A stretch of DNA of 14,930 bases from contig JANLPS010000320.1 in the NCBI GenBank assembly GCA_031367385.1, positions 1 through 14,930 on the forward strand, given 5' to 3'. The stretch is from Archangium sp. (GTDB lineage Bacteria > Myxococcota > Myxococcia > Myxococcales > Myxococcaceae). Numbering within the stretch: the stretch's first letter is position 1; each line of letters begins with the position of its first letter. Below are positions 1-8,137 of this stretch, in pieces. The position numbers were made by a program, and so were the translations under genes. Below the pieces are notes generated by a model. The model was not told the DNA's origin, made no database searches, and was given only the letters and a program-made list of their open reading frames with translations.

Positions 1-2
1 GG

Positions 3-590
3 CACATGGCCGGTGAGGTGCTCGAGCGGCGAAAGCTCGATCATGCGGTCGATGCGGTGCTGCGATTGGCGAAGGTCTCGCTCGACCGAGGTGATCAAGT
101 CGGCGTGATGGCCTTCGCGACCACGGTTCAGGCCTGGCTGCCTCCACGAAAAGGGCAGGAGCAGCTCAAGGCCATCGCCCAGTCGCTGTATCGGGTCGAA
201 GCGACGCTCGAAGAGAGTGACTATGGGGCCGCCCTCGACCTCGCTTTTTCACGGGGGGCGCGGCGGTCGCTGGTGGTGGTGATGACCGACCTGGTCGACG
301 CCGAGACTTCATCGATGCTGATCAAGCGCACGGTGCGGCTGGTGCCCAGGCATCTGCCGCTCGTCGTCTCGATGCGTGATGACGACCTGCACCGAGTCGC
401 GCGTCAACAGCCAGCGACTCGGCAAGATGTGCTCGAGCGGGTCGTCGCGGCCAGGCTCGAAGCCGAGTCGACCGCGACGGTGGCGAGGCTGCGAGACGCG
501 GGAGCCCGCGTGCTTCGCACCTCAGCCGCCGAGCTTGGCCCGGCTTCAGTGAACGCGTACCTCGACATCAAGGCCCGCGGGCTGCTGTAG
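3..590 (+). CDS. DUF58 / vWA-like domain protein (MoxR AAA+ ATPase-associated type), 5' end outside the window
   Basis: Frame is open from the window edge (..HMAGEV). It contains DUF58-like segments KLDHAVDAVL, RGDQVGVMAF and RRSLVVVMTDL, and ends VNAYLDIKARGLL with TAG at 588-590. Confidence 0.85.
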   Translation, partial: HMAGEVLERRKLDHAVDAVLRLAKVSLDRGDQVGVMAFATTVQAWLPPRKGQEQLKAIAQSLYRVEATLEESDYGAALDLAFSRGARRSLVVVMTDLVDAETSSMLIKRTVRLVPRHLPLVVSMRDDDLHRVARQQPATRQDVLERVVAARLEAESTATVARLRDAGARVLRTSAAELGPASVNAYLDIKARGLL

Positions 591-593
591 CGC

Positions 594-1697
594 TTACTGA
601 ACGACGAAGTCGGCGCAGGTCATCGGGTACAGAACATACGTGTACCCCGCGTCGGTGCCGGGCACCGAGCCCCCCCCAGCCTTGAAGCACCCGAACTCGA
701 CGCCGCCGTCAGCGCAGACTGCGTGCGAGTACGAGTCCCACACTCCGGCGATGCTTGCGAAGCTGACCGCGCCACCGTCGAGCACGACCTGACGGAAGTC
801 GCACGGGCTGGTACCGCCGTCGGCCAGCAGGCCGCCATCGGGCGCAAAGGTCGCGTAGGTGCGGTAGTTGTTCACGAGCACCCCGTTCGAGAGTTGAAAC
901 CCGAAGTAGCGGTTGTCGCCAGGCACGAGCGAGATTCGCCGCAGCGCCGCCGGGTTCGCCTCTGAAATCGTCACCGGCCCGGCCATCTTCACCCTCGCGC
1001 CCGCGTAGGTCGGGTTGGCGCGAATCGCGCCGTTGTCGCCGAAGGTCGAGGCGACCATGTTGTCTGGCAACGCCGAGCCCTGCGACTTGAGGGTGATGAC
1101 GAGGGCCTGACAATTGTTCACCGCGGTGCACGCTTCGGCTTCTCCCGCGGCCGCGCGAGGTTTGGTCTGGAGGAAGTCGTACTGCTGCTTCACGACCCAG
1201 CGAAACGCCTCACGGTCGGTGAACTTCGACTCAATGCCGATGTACCCCGTCAAATCGAGCACATCGCCGACCGCCGGCAGGTAATCGACCATCGTGTCGC
1301 AGCGAAACTTGGTGACGTAGATGCCAGCCTGCGCATTGTTCGGGTCGGCGACCCAGAACTCCGCCGTGGTGCCCTTGCTGCTTGTGCCCTTGCAGTCGGC
1401 GCCCATCGAGTTCGAACGCGCCGCGAACGAGACCGCAGTGACCACGACGCCCTTCAGGTTCACCAGCCCGGGAAACTTGATCGCCTTCGCTGCAGCGACC
1501 GTCTCAGGAGGCGGCGTGCCCGCGTCTTGGGTGCCCGCGTCGACGACCGTGCCCGAGTCGACTTGGCCCGTGCCTCCTCCCGTGCCACCGCCCGCGCCGC
1601 CGCCGGTACCGGCATCGGCCGTGGGGCGCGCAACGCACCCGATGAGCGCCAATGATGCTGCCAACACTGCAGTCTGAACTGCTGATCGAATCGACAT
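594..1697 (-). CDS. Putative lipoprotein (367 aa) with Gly/DAG-rich linker and an OB-fold-like domain resembling the N-terminal OB domain of ExeM/YhcR-type extracellular nucleases
   Basis: ATG at 1697 gives MSIRSAVQTAVLAASLALIG-C (signal peptide plus lipobox LIGC). A low-complexity linker follows, then VNLKGVVVTAVS...FWVAD...AGIYV...PAVGDVLDLTGYI. Several Cys residues may pair. The ORF-track start at 1754 would place the signal peptide internally. Confidence 0.7.
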   Translation of the reverse strand: MSIRSAVQTAVLAASLALIGCVARPTADAGTGGGAGGGTGGGTGQVDSGTVVDAGTQDAGTPPPETVAAAKAIKFPGLVNLKGVVVTAVSFAARSNSMGADCKGTSSKGTTAEFWVADPNNAQAGIYVTKFRCDTMVDYLPAVGDVLDLTGYIGIESKFTDREAFRWVVKQQYDFLQTKPRAAAGEAEACTAVNNCQALVITLKSQGSALPDNMVASTFGDNGAIRANPTYAGARVKMAGPVTISEANPAALRRISLVPGDNRYFGFQLSNGVLVNNYRTYATFAPDGGLLADGGTSPCDFRQVVLDGGAVSFASIAGVWDSYSHAVCADGGVEFGCFKAGGGSVPGTDAGYTYVLYPMTCADFVVQ

Positions 1698-1800
1698 GAG
1701 AAGGGACCCCTGAGTCGTAGATTTTCCTGCTGGGCACCCGTACAAGCACGCCACTCGGCCGCGCCGGCTCTACACGACCGGCAAGAGTGCGGCAAGCAAT

Positions 1801-1804
1801 GGAG
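1801..1804 (+). promoter_or_regulatory. Shine-Dalgarno-like GGAG upstream of the oxidoreductase
   Basis: GGAG lies 7 nt before the ATG at 1812. Confidence 0.55.
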
Positions 1805-1811
1805 CCGTCAC

Positions 1812-2840
1812 ATGAAAGCCGTTTGTTTTCGGGCGCACGGTGGCCCCGAAGTCCTCGAACTGATTGAGCTCCCGAAACCGGAGCCCACCGCGCGTGAAGT
1901 GCGCGTGAAAGTCAAAGCGGTCGCCCTCAACCACCTCGATGTTTGGGTCAGAACCGGGTGGGCCGGTCTCAAGATCAAATTGCCCCACATTTTGGGCAGT
2001 GACGTCGCTGGAGTTATCGACGCGGTCGGCGCCGAAGTTTCCGATCTCGCCGTGGGCACTGAAGTGGTCATCAACCCCGGCCTCTCGTGTGGCGTTTGTG
2101 ATCGCTGTCTGCTCGGCGAAGACAACTTCTGTCGCCAGTACGTGATCATCGGAGAGCACGTCACCGGCGGGTACGCCGAGTACCTGTGCGTGCCACGCCA
2201 AAACATCGTGCTCAAACCCAAGGCACTCTCATTCGAAGAGGCGGCGTGCCTGCCGCTGACCTTCTTGACCGCGTGGACGATGCTGGTTCGCCGCGCGCAG
2301 CTCAAAGCCGGAGAGACCGTGCTCATTCACGCCGCCGGCTCAGGCGTCGGCAGCGCTGGAGTGCAGATCGCCAAGCTGCTCGGCGCCCACGTCATCGCCA
2401 CTGCGTCGACCGAGGCGAAGCTCGCCAAAGCCAAGGCGCTCGGCGCAGACGAGGTCATCAACTACGCAACCCATGACTTCGTCGCCGAAGTGAAGCGGCT
2501 CACCCATAAGAAGCTCGTCGACGTGGTGTTCGAGCACGTCGGGGCGAGCACCTTCAATAAGTCAGTGGCGTGCCTGCCCTACGGCGGCCGCCTCGTCACT
2601 TGCGGCGCGACGGCCGGGCATGAGGTGCAGCTCGACCTGCGGGTGCTCTTCTACAAACGCATCTCGTTGCTCGGCTCGACCATGGGCAGCAAGGGCGATC
2701 TGTTTCGCATCATGCAACTGGTCGACGAGCGCAAGCTCAAGCCGGTGCTCGACCGAGTGCTCCCCTTGGCCGCCGCCGCCGAAGGGCACGCCTTGCTCAC
2801 CAATCGAAGCTCGTTCGGGAATGTGGTGCTCACGCCATGA
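1812..2840 (+). CDS. MDR-superfamily zinc-binding dehydrogenase / NAD(P)H-dependent oxidoreductase
   Basis: N-terminus MKAV...HGGPEVL, ALNHLD, PHILGSD, structural-zinc motif CGVCDRC-x7-C, GGYAEY, nucleotide-binding HAAGSGVG, and GGRLVTCG. Confidence 0.92.
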   Translation: MKAVCFRAHGGPEVLELIELPKPEPTAREVRVKVKAVALNHLDVWVRTGWAGLKIKLPHILGSDVAGVIDAVGAEVSDLAVGTEVVINPGLSCGVCDRCLLGEDNFCRQYVIIGEHVTGGYAEYLCVPRQNIVLKPKALSFEEAACLPLTFLTAWTMLVRRAQLKAGETVLIHAAGSGVGSAGVQIAKLLGAHVIATASTEAKLAKAKALGADEVINYATHDFVAEVKRLTHKKLVDVVFEHVGASTFNKSVACLPYGGRLVTCGATAGHEVQLDLRVLFYKRISLLGSTMGSKGDLFRIMQLVDERKLKPVLDRVLPLAAAAEGHALLTNRSSFGNVVLTP

Positions 2841-4036
2841 AGACTTGTTTCGTCGTTGACGCAGTTCGAACGCCGATCGGCAAGCTGCGCGGCAGTCTCA
2901 AAGACGTGCGCCCCGACGATCTCGGAGCGCTGGTGATGCGGGCCCTGCTCGATCGCAACCAGGTCGAGGGCGCCGGCATCGACGAGGTGTTCTTCGGCTG
3001 CGCGAACCAGGCCGGTGAAGACAATCGCAACGTCGCACGCATGTCGCTGTTGTTGGCGGGGCTCCCACACTCGGTGCCAGGAGCGACCGTGAACCGCCTC
3101 TGTGGCAGCGGCCTCGAGGCCATCATTCAAGGTGCGCGAATGATTCGTTTGGGCGAAGCCGACATCGTCATCGCCGGCGGAGTGGAGTCGATGACCCGCG
3201 CGCCGTGGTCAGTGCCGAAACCAAGTGAGGCCTTTGCGTCGGGCAAGCTCGAGAGCTTCGATACGTCGCTCGGCTGGCGATACCCGAACCCCAAGCTCGC
3301 GGCGATGTTTCCCCTCGAGCAGATGGGTGAAACCGCCGAGAACGTCGCCGAACGATTCGGCATTTCGCGCGCTGACCAAGATGCGTTCGCGGTGGGTTCG
3401 CACCAGAAGGCCGTGGCCGCCGCCAAGGCCGGAGCCTTCGCGAATGAATTGATTCCCGTCGAGATTCCTGCCGGCTCGAAGAAGTCGAGCGCCGTCATCG
3501 TGAGAGAAGACGAGGGCCCGCGCGCCGAGACGAGCGTCGAGAAGTTGAGCACCTTGAAGGCCGCATTTCGTGACGGTGGGTCGGTCACCGCTGGCAATTC
3601 ATCAACGCTCAACGACGGTGCCTCGGCGGTGCTCTTGATGAGTGAGAAAGCTCTCGCTGGCCGCCCTGCCCTCGCGAAGTTCGTCTCGAGCGGCACGGCC
3701 GGAGTCGACCCCCGCGTGATGGGCATGGGCCCAGTGCCCGCGTCTCGAAGAGCCCTCGCCTCGGCCGGGTGGACCACCGCGCAGCTCGACCTGATTGAGA
3801 TCAATGAAGCCTTCGCCTCTCAGTCACTCGCCTGCATTCGAGAGCTCGGCCTTGACGCCGCGCGAGTCAACGTCAACGGCGGGTCAATCGCCCTGGGCCA
3901 CCCGCTCGGCATGAGCGGTGCGCGAATCGTCACCACGCTGCTGCACGCGATGAAGGCGCGGGGCTCGAAAAAAGGTCTCGCCTCGATGTGCATCGGAGTC
4001 GGCCAAGGCATCGCCGCCACCTTCGAGGCGCCATGA
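2837..4036 (+). CDS. Acetyl-CoA C-acyltransferase (thiolase), PaaJ/PcaF-like subgroup
   Basis: [21 protein letters not shown], catalytic Cys in NRLCGSG, GGVESM, VTAGNSS.LNDGA, NEAFA, GHPLG and CIGVG. ATGA overlap with the upstream stop at 2837-2840. Confidence 0.95.
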   Translation: MKTCFVVDAVRTPIGKLRGSLKDVRPDDLGALVMRALLDRNQVEGAGIDEVFFGCANQAGEDNRNVARMSLLLAGLPHSVPGATVNRLCGSGLEAIIQGARMIRLGEADIVIAGGVESMTRAPWSVPKPSEAFASGKLESFDTSLGWRYPNPKLAAMFPLEQMGETAENVAERFGISRADQDAFAVGSHQKAVAAAKAGAFANELIPVEIPAGSKKSSAVIVREDEGPRAETSVEKLSTLKAAFRDGGSVTAGNSSTLNDGASAVLLMSEKALAGRPALAKFVSSGTAGVDPRVMGMGPVPASRRALASAGWTTAQLDLIEINEAFASQSLACIRELGLDAARVNVNGGSIALGHPLGMSGARIVTTLLHAMKARGSKKGLASMCIGVGQGIAATFEAP

Positions 4037-4821
4037 GCCTCAGCCACCCGTTCTTCACCGCGCTCAAAGCACCACTGCACATCTCGCACCGCGGTGGGGC
4101 GCTGCTCTGGCCCGAAAATACACTCTTCGCCTTCGAGCACGCGGTTCGCGACTACCGCACCGACATGATCGAGCTCGACGTGCACGCCACCGCTGATGGA
4201 GAGATCGTCGTGGCACACGACCCGACGGTCGATCGCTGCACCGATGGGCGAGGCCTCATCTCGAGCATGCCCTGGGCTGAGCTGCGCAAGCTCGACGCGG
4301 GCTTTCACTTCACCAGCGTCACCGGCGAATCATTTCGCGGCCAAAACATCACCATTCCCCGCTTCGTCGACGTGCTCCGCGCGTTTCCTCTCTTGCGCTT
4401 CAACGTCGAGCTGAAAGAGGCCGCTGGGCTCGCACCCTTCGTTGCCTGCATGCGCGAAGAACAGTGTCTCGACCGGCTCTGCATCGGCAGTGAGAGCGAT
4501 GACCTGGGCCGCCAATTGACCGAGGCGCTGCCCGACGCGTTGCACTTTTTTCCACGCGATGCGTTGGCCGGGTTCGTCTTGCCACTGCGCGGAGGTGACG
4601 AGCCCGAAGACGATGGCCGCTACACCGTGCTCGACATGCCGCTGACCTATGCCGAGGTCACGCTCTTCGATGACGTGCTCGCCGCCCAGGCCGCCAAGCT
4701 CGGCAAGTGGATCAATGTGTGGACGGTCGATGACCCCGCCGACATGCGGCGGGTGATCGCCCAGGGCGTCGGAGGCGTGATGACCGATCGCCCCGACCTG
4801 CTCCGCGAGGTGATGCGTTGA
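4033..4821 (+). CDS. Glycerophosphodiester phosphodiesterase (GDPD family), no signal peptide
   Basis: Motifs SHRGG, PENT, ELDVH, HD, NVELK, VWTVD and MTDRP. Start placed at ATG 4033, which forms an ATGA overlap with the thiolase stop, rather than 3988. Confidence 0.92.
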   Translation: MSLSHPFFTALKAPLHISHRGGALLWPENTLFAFEHAVRDYRTDMIELDVHATADGEIVVAHDPTVDRCTDGRGLISSMPWAELRKLDAGFHFTSVTGESFRGQNITIPRFVDVLRAFPLLRFNVELKEAAGLAPFVACMREEQCLDRLCIGSESDDLGRQLTEALPDALHFFPRDALAGFVLPLRGGDEPEDDGRYTVLDMPLTYAEVTLFDDVLAAQAAKLGKWINVWTVDDPADMRRVIAQGVGGVMTDRPDLLREVMR

Positions 4822-4852
4822 CCCGTGCGCCTGGGTCATCTACGAGCACGCG

Positions 4853-5611
4853 ATGATTCTTTTCGCTCTGGCTGCGCTCGCAGCGACTCCGGTTGTCTTG
4901 GCGTGCGAAGCGCCGATCGGCACCGCCACACTCTGCACCGAGCTGCGGCTGGGCAAAGACGAAGACCCCAAGCCTTTCACCGACACCTGCGACGGGAGCA
5001 AAGGCGTCGTCAAATCGCACTGCGAGAAAGAGGGCTTCATCGCCAAGTGCGCGCTGGGCGACACTACGCTCATCTACTCCGCCACTTCGAAGACGAGCGC
5101 CGGCGAGTCGGCCGGGGTCATCAAGGGAGCCCAGGGCAGCTGCTCGAGCCACGGCGGCACCTTCGAGTCGAAGATCAAAATCACCCAGGTCAAGCCGAGC
5201 AGCAAACCGCTGCCCCTCGGTGAGCTCGCCACCGTCGCGAGCAGCGACTGCACCGCGGAGGACTTGATCGGTTCGAAGCACATCACCTGCGGCAACTCGC
5301 TGCGCCCCGAAGTGACCCTCGACTTCGCCAGCTACACCGGAGACGACCTCGAGCCGCAAGGCCCCGACGACGTGATCAAGAACCTCAAAGAATTGAGCCC
5401 CAACTCCACGTTCAAGGAACTGGGCCGAAAAACCGGCAAGACCTGGCGCGTCGAATACACGCTTGCCCCGAAGCATGGGCTCCCCGCATATGGCTTCGAG
5501 GGCGTGCGTCAGTTCGGCAAGAAGCAGTACCTCTGCGTCGGCAGCGCGTGGAATCGGGGCGACTTCGAAGCCGCGAAAGCCATGTGCGACAACCTCAAGC
5601 CCACGAAGTAA
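4853..5611 (+). CDS. Hypothetical exported Cys-rich protein (252 aa)
   Basis: Hydrophobic N-terminus MILFALAALAATPVVLAC, 10 Cys, and strong C/G bias at third codon positions in this frame. It fills the gap between GDPD and the cupredoxin. Confidence 0.75.
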   Translation: MILFALAALAATPVVLACEAPIGTATLCTELRLGKDEDPKPFTDTCDGSKGVVKSHCEKEGFIAKCALGDTTLIYSATSKTSAGESAGVIKGAQGSCSSHGGTFESKIKITQVKPSSKPLPLGELATVASSDCTAEDLIGSKHITCGNSLRPEVTLDFASYTGDDLEPQGPDDVIKNLKELSPNSTFKELGRKTGKTWRVEYTLAPKHGLPAYGFEGVRQFGKKQYLCVGSAWNRGDFEAAKAMCDNLKPTK

Positions 5612-5636
5612 CCCCTCACCTCACAAAGAAACCAAC

Positions 5637-6101
5637 ATGAAACCGACCCTCACCGCAGCACTCGCGCTGATCACCCTCGCCGCCTGCGGCGAAACGCCGC
5701 TCTCCGGCATCGACGCCGGCACCAAAGTCGACGCCGGTACCAACACCGTTCGCGACGCCGGCACCGTGCCGACCCTGAACGGCTGTGCGGCCAGCGCCTT
5801 CGTCGATCGCGCCACCGGCGACCGCACCATCACCTTCGGCAGCGCCGTCGGCCTCAAGTACTCGCCCAGTTGCATGATCATCACCGCGGGGCAGAGCGTG
5901 ACCTTCTCTGGAGACTTCGGCTCGCACCCGTTGGTCGGCGGCGAATACATGGGCACCGGCGGCAGCAAGCCGAACCCGGTGCCGAGCAAGAGCACAGGCA
6001 CCGACAACACGGTCGTCACTTTCCCCACGGCCGGTTTGTACCCGTACTACTGCAACTTCCACGCAAGCTCCGGCATGACCGGCGCCATCTGGGTGCAGTA
6101 A
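5637..6101 (+). CDS. Plastocyanin/azurin-family (cupredoxin) copper-binding lipoprotein
   Basis: ATG at 5637 gives MKPTLTAALALITLAA-C (lipobox LAAC). Features: YSPS.MIITAGQSVTF, upstream His in GSHP, and type-1 copper loop GLYPYYCNFHASSGMTGAIWV (C-x2-H-x4-M). Confidence 0.88.
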   Translation: MKPTLTAALALITLAACGETPLSGIDAGTKVDAGTNTVRDAGTVPTLNGCAASAFVDRATGDRTITFGSAVGLKYSPSCMIITAGQSVTFSGDFGSHPLVGGEYMGTGGSKPNPVPSKSTGTDNTVVTFPTAGLYPYYCNFHASSGMTGAIWVQ

Positions 6102-6182
6102 AATAAAGGGGACAGGCTGGTTTAAGTACCGGCCTGTCCCCGTGAGCCAGGCACTTAAACCAGCCTGTCCCCTTTATTTTAC
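6098..6182. repeat. 85-bp palindromic element with perfect 30-bp inverted arms (REP/REPIN- or MITE-like)
   Basis: GTAAAATAAAGGGGACAGGCTGGTTTAAGT (6098-6127) is the exact reverse complement of 6153-6182. The 25-nt spacer contains another GCCTGTCCCC. Confidence 0.9.
6102..6180. terminator. Probable bidirectional intrinsic terminator function of the palindrome
   Basis: It lies between convergent genes. A GC-rich stem is followed by TTTATTTT on both strands. Confidence 0.6.
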
Positions 6183-7348
6183 AGTCGAATTTCTGACGAC
6201 ACCGATTGACCGTCGCTCAGCTTGACGATCACTCGGGCGACCGCTCCGGCGACCTTCTCGGGGCGGCCCATGTCGAAGCTCAGCCCGTGCTCACCAGGGG
6301 CCGAAGGCAGGGCGCGGGTCGGCTCGTGTGCCAGGTACACCGCGGCGGCGGCGAAGCGATCTTGGCGACGGGGTTGAACCACCACCTGAACTTGCGCCTT
6401 CGTGCGAAACACCAACACCTTGTACTCGGCGCGCTCGGCCACCACGTCGATCGTGCTCAGAACAGGCCTGGCTGTCACCGGTACGACTTGGAGCACCGGC
6501 GGTTCACCCGCGGTCAGCTCGTCAATCGCCTCGTCGCCGGCGGCCATCGCGGCCATCACCAATTTGAGCTCGGGGTCTTGCTCGGCCTGCGATCGAATCA
6601 CCGTTGCTTCAGCGGGAGTCGAGAGGCCCAAATCGAAACGAAACAACTCATCGAAGCTTGCTGACCGGAGCCTCTTGGCTCGCACGGTCTGATCTGCTCG
6701 GCGTTCTGCGGGGCCCAACGTGCCCTTCGCTTCGCCGCCCAACACCTTCACCAACCCGTCGTCTTCGATGCCACTGCGCTCGGTCAACCACCAGGCTGCG
6801 CTTCGACACCTCGCATCGAGCAGCCCGGCTTCGGCGCGGCGCTCGGTATTCAAGGCGGTGAGGCTCGCGACTTGTCTGCGGGCAGAGACGTCAATCGGGG
6901 CCAACGCCGAACGAATCTTGGTGAAAAGCGCCCTCGCATCGTCTCGACCCGAAGTCTCGAGGGCCACCAACGCCGACTCGAGCCGGTCACGCGCCATCAG
7001 ATCTTGCATCGCCCAACCAACCAAGGTGCTCGCGTCGTCATCTGCGTCAGGCAGTACCGCTTCGACCGCATGCGACGCCGCGCGCTCGAGCTTCTGTTGA
7101 ACGTCGTGCACCTCGACGCCCTCGCTCCATGACTTCAGCCCCGCCGCCGGCACCAATGCGAGCACCGCGGTAATCAACGACGGCTCACACGGCGCCGAGC
7201 TGGTGCGACGAAGCAGATCTCCCGCTGCTTCGAGCACCCGGCCCACGATCGGCGCGGGGTCTCCGGGGCGTTTGGGGTTCTCGAGCTCGACCTTGAGTGA
7301 TTCGAGCTCATCGACGAACGAACGGTATTTCTGGGCAATGGCAGTCAT
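6179..7348 (-). CDS. Hypothetical 389-aa soluble protein, putative ECF partner / anti-sigma factor
   Basis: ATG at 7348 (MTAIAQKY) forms an ATGA overlap with the sigma stop. No signal peptide or obvious TM helix. Internal segment SFDELFRFDLGLSTPAEATVIRSQAEQDPELKLVMAAM resembles a zinc-less anti-sigma domain. The C-terminus is beta-strand-like. Confidence 0.7.
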   Translation of the reverse strand: MTAIAQKYRSFVDELESLKVELENPKRPGDPAPIVGRVLEAAGDLLRRTSSAPCEPSLITAVLALVPAAGLKSWSEGVEVHDVQQKLERAASHAVEAVLPDADDDASTLVGWAMQDLMARDRLESALVALETSGRDDARALFTKIRSALAPIDVSARRQVASLTALNTERRAEAGLLDARCRSAAWWLTERSGIEDDGLVKVLGGEAKGTLGPAERRADQTVRAKRLRSASFDELFRFDLGLSTPAEATVIRSQAEQDPELKLVMAAMAAGDEAIDELTAGEPPVLQVVPVTARPVLSTIDVVAERAEYKVLVFRTKAQVQVVVQPRRQDRFAAAAVYLAHEPTRALPSAPGEHGLSFDMGRPEKVAGAVARVIVKLSDGQSVSSEIRL

Positions 7349-8004
7349 GACGTCGGGTCCTCTCGCTTCCTCGTTTCGAGGAGGTACAGCTTCAACCAGG
7401 CCTGGGCCCGGCTCACGCGCTTGTATGAATTGACCACCGTGATGCCGAGCAGCTCGGCCACGCGGGGGTGATCGTCCATGTCCTGGTGGTGGTACAGGTC
7501 CCACGCGGCGGCTTCGTTGGGGTGCTCGAGCTGCAGCCGCCGAAACGCCAGCCAGTATTCTTCAGACGCCTCTTTGGCCTCGAACTTCGCGCGCGCCTCG
7601 ACCACGGCGCGGTTGGCCTCGTGCACCGGCTCTTCACGCTCGTCTTCGTCGTCTCCTCGCGGGCCTTCGGCGAGGTCTTCGCGCTGGCGGCGGTACCGGT
7701 CGATCGCGCAATGCTTCACGATGCGCAGAAAGAAAGTCTTCGGAGACGCCGCTTTGCCCGGCATCACTTCAGAGACCCCGCGAAACTGATCGAGCCCCCG
7801 AGACATGAACTTCGCGACGGCGTCTTGAAAGACCTCGTCGATGTCGTCGGGGGAGCCTCTCACGAACGCCCCTTGCACTCGCCGAATGACGGTCGCTGAA
7901 GGGTCACGCCAGCGAAAGACCAGCTCGCCGAGGGGCTTTTTGTAGTCGAGTTTTTCGGCCCGGCGCTTCGAGATCTCTGCGAACAGTTCGTCGTCGGTAA
8001 GCAT
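7345..8004 (-). CDS. ECF-type sigma-70 family RNA polymerase sigma factor (219 aa)
   Basis: Region-2-like DDIDEVFQDAVAKF...FRG...KTFFLRIVKHCAIDRYRRQR and region-4 HTH-like EAAAWDLYHHQDMDDHPRVAELLGITVVNSYKRVSRAQAWLK. Size is typical of ECF sigmas. Confidence 0.85.
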   Translation of the reverse strand: MLTDDELFAEISKRRAEKLDYKKPLGELVFRWRDPSATVIRRVQGAFVRGSPDDIDEVFQDAVAKFMSRGLDQFRGVSEVMPGKAASPKTFFLRIVKHCAIDRYRRQREDLAEGPRGDDEDEREEPVHEANRAVVEARAKFEAKEASEEYWLAFRRLQLEHPNEAAAWDLYHHQDMDDHPRVAELLGITVVNSYKRVSRAQAWLKLYLLETRKREDPTS

Positions 8005-8137
8005 GGGAGGAGGTCACGAACCATACCCGCGCGATGACGCGACGCCCGCACTTTTCCTGACCTCAAATCGACGCGACGCTTCTAAACCCGTTGAAGTTGT
8101 TTGGCTTTTCGCTTGGAGAAAGTGATTCACTGCGACG
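8005..8137. promoter_or_regulatory. Divergent intergenic region expected to hold promoters for the ECF operon (-) and the propeller gene (+)
   Basis: 133-bp non-coding, relatively AT-richer gap between divergent starts. A -10-like TATGGT lies on the minus strand at 8025-8020, and a direct repeat GACGCGACGC at 8036-8045 and 8070-8079. Confidence 0.5.

Noticed and set aside
3127..5476. Long minus-strand ORFs (225, 162, 169 and 254 aa) opposite the thiolase, GDPD and Cys-rich genes
   Set aside because: These are typical stop-poor antisense frames of GC-rich genes, with no motifs, and they overlap well-supported plus-strand genes.
5463..5636. N-terminal extension of the cupredoxin ORF; likewise the track starts at 1754, 3988, 7504 and 9590
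   Set aside because: Downstream ATGs give proper signal peptides, ATGA coupling or motif-proximal starts, and several of the extensions overlap neighbouring genes.
6098..6182. Palindrome as a CRISPR repeat or attC site
   Set aside because: It is a single inverted pair, not direct repeats with spacers. No cas or integron integrase gene is present, and no RYYYAAC/GTTRRRY ends are evident.
1722..8059. Shared CAGGAAAA (minus strand, 1729-1722 and 8059-8052) upstream of the lipoprotein and ECF genes as an ECF -35 element
   Set aside because: No matching -10 element at consistent spacing; an 8-mer match is weak evidence.
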